Under the pieces are notes generated by a model that had not been told where the DNA came from, did not search any database, and saw nothing but the letters and a program-made list of their open reading frames with translations. From Schmidtea nova (taxonomy: Eukaryota): 64,000 bases of DNA. Location: NCBI GenBank assembly GCA_044892505.1, contig CM097883.1, positions 23,188,001-23,252,000 on the forward strand. The letters run 5' to 3'. A program made the position numbers and the translations under genes. Of the stretch, positions 62,785 through 64,000 are shown piece after piece; position 1 is the first letter of the stretch; the number at the start of each line of letters is the position of its first letter.

Positions 62785-63599
62785 TTGTGACATTAATCCT
62801 GTGTATATATTGTTGACATTATCTTATAATTTTTTATTATCTGTGTATATTGTTATTGTTATATATCCCGTGTATCGTCATCTTCTTTCCGAGACGAAAA
62901 TCTTCATAGGGGGATGACATGTTAGGGATGGACCTTATGTCCTAACCATTGTAATTAGATTTTAAATATCTAAATGTTACATTCTAAAAATATAAATAAA
63001 TATATAAAAAATAATTAGAAATAAAAATTACTAAAAATAATTAAACAATAAAATTATAATATTTATAGTATTTTAAATAACCTAAAAATAGATTTGAAAT
63101 TAAAATAACAATTTAAAATTATTAATTAAAAATATCGATTTAGTATATAAAAGGTCAGAATGACCAGTTGAGGGACTAGAAAAATATTATATCTGGCATT
63201 TATTCGAAGAAGAATTTTAAAAGTAGCCGTATTTTGGACAGGAGAAAAATCTGACATTTAATAGTTATCAGATCAACTGTATATATATATATATATATAG
63301 ACGTTTATGCTGATTTATGCTGATTTACTTATGACCATAGAAAACCTATGTGAACTTTTTTTAATCAGAAAAAGAAATGAATGATGATTTTATGTTTTAT
63401 CTGTAAAGGCTCATCCAGCAGTAGCATGGAAATTATTATATTTAACAACAATTTCAAAAGTCATATCCTTAATACACATACATGCATATATTCTTATTTG
63501 ATTCCAAAAGAAATCTTTGTATCGGCCTGTAATTAATTTTGTAATTTTGATCCGGTCCGTTTACCTAAACTTTTGCTGGCTTATGGCAATTTAAGTTAT

Positions 63600-63900
63600 A
63601 ATCTATCGCCCTAGATATATTAGAACTCCTTTCGGAGTAGGGATCATTTTGCAAAAGATTTCGACGGCTTTATCAATCAAGATCAAAGCTTTAGAAAGCT
63701 TTTTTGATGATAACTTTGTTTTCTCGGTGATATTTTGCGATGTGTCTTATTCATGGGAAAATTCCAAATCGAATTGCATTAAATCCTTGTTGCTTATTTC
63801 CTGGTTAGCAATTCATCAATACCCATCTCTTTCAAGCCTTCAATATAAGACGCTCTAGCAATGTTTGCAATTTCAAAAAAATTTAACTAATATCTACGAC
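63600..63900 (-). mobile_element. Possible pogo/Tigger transposase C-terminal remnant
   Basis: LILIDKAVEIFCKNDPYSERSSNISRAID resembles the Tigger C-terminal DPxxER motif. Confidence 0.4.
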
Positions 63901-64000
63901 GTCTGAGATCTTTGGTTCTTAACACGACCATTTTAGTGACACATTGTGTATCCTTCCAATTACTTCCGAATTCCTGAGTCTTTAATTTTTTGATTTGATT

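Overview
AT-rich eukaryotic genomic DNA with five N gaps. It is probably from a planarian-like flatworm, inferred from 43-47 nt introns, (ATT)n tracts and the transposon set. Most of the window is nested transposons; the only clear host gene is a MAP-kinase-phosphatase-type DUSP on the minus strand (three exons, 51.1-59.5 kb). The main feature is a 15,621-bp Polinton/Maverick-type insertion at 33346-48966. It has 5'-AGTAG...CTACT-3' ends and a perfect 6-bp target-site duplication (ATCACT), and it splits a Penelope GIY-YIG remnant. It is a giant palindrome: two ~7.5-kb arms, about 99.9% identical by eye, around a 670-bp spacer. Each arm carries only one intact protein-primed PolB gene, with a predicted three-intron 5' leader; I found no integrase, capsid, ATPase or protease gene in it. 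The centre holds two inverted copies of a 0.8-kb mini-element that also has AGTAG ends, plus 144-bp CACGTG repeat arrays. Decayed Polinton parts lie nearby (termini at 17.8 and 21.3 kb, PolB at 30.6-31.4 kb, and a capsid/protease/PolB relic at 53.7-57 kb with a similar spliced leader). Also present: a Gypsy element with a candidate 4.3-kb gene-bearing LTR, (ATT)n-associated Penelope hairpins with hammerhead motifs, hAT, mariner, piggyBac and REL-type non-LTR elements. All alignments were done by eye; no database searches were run.
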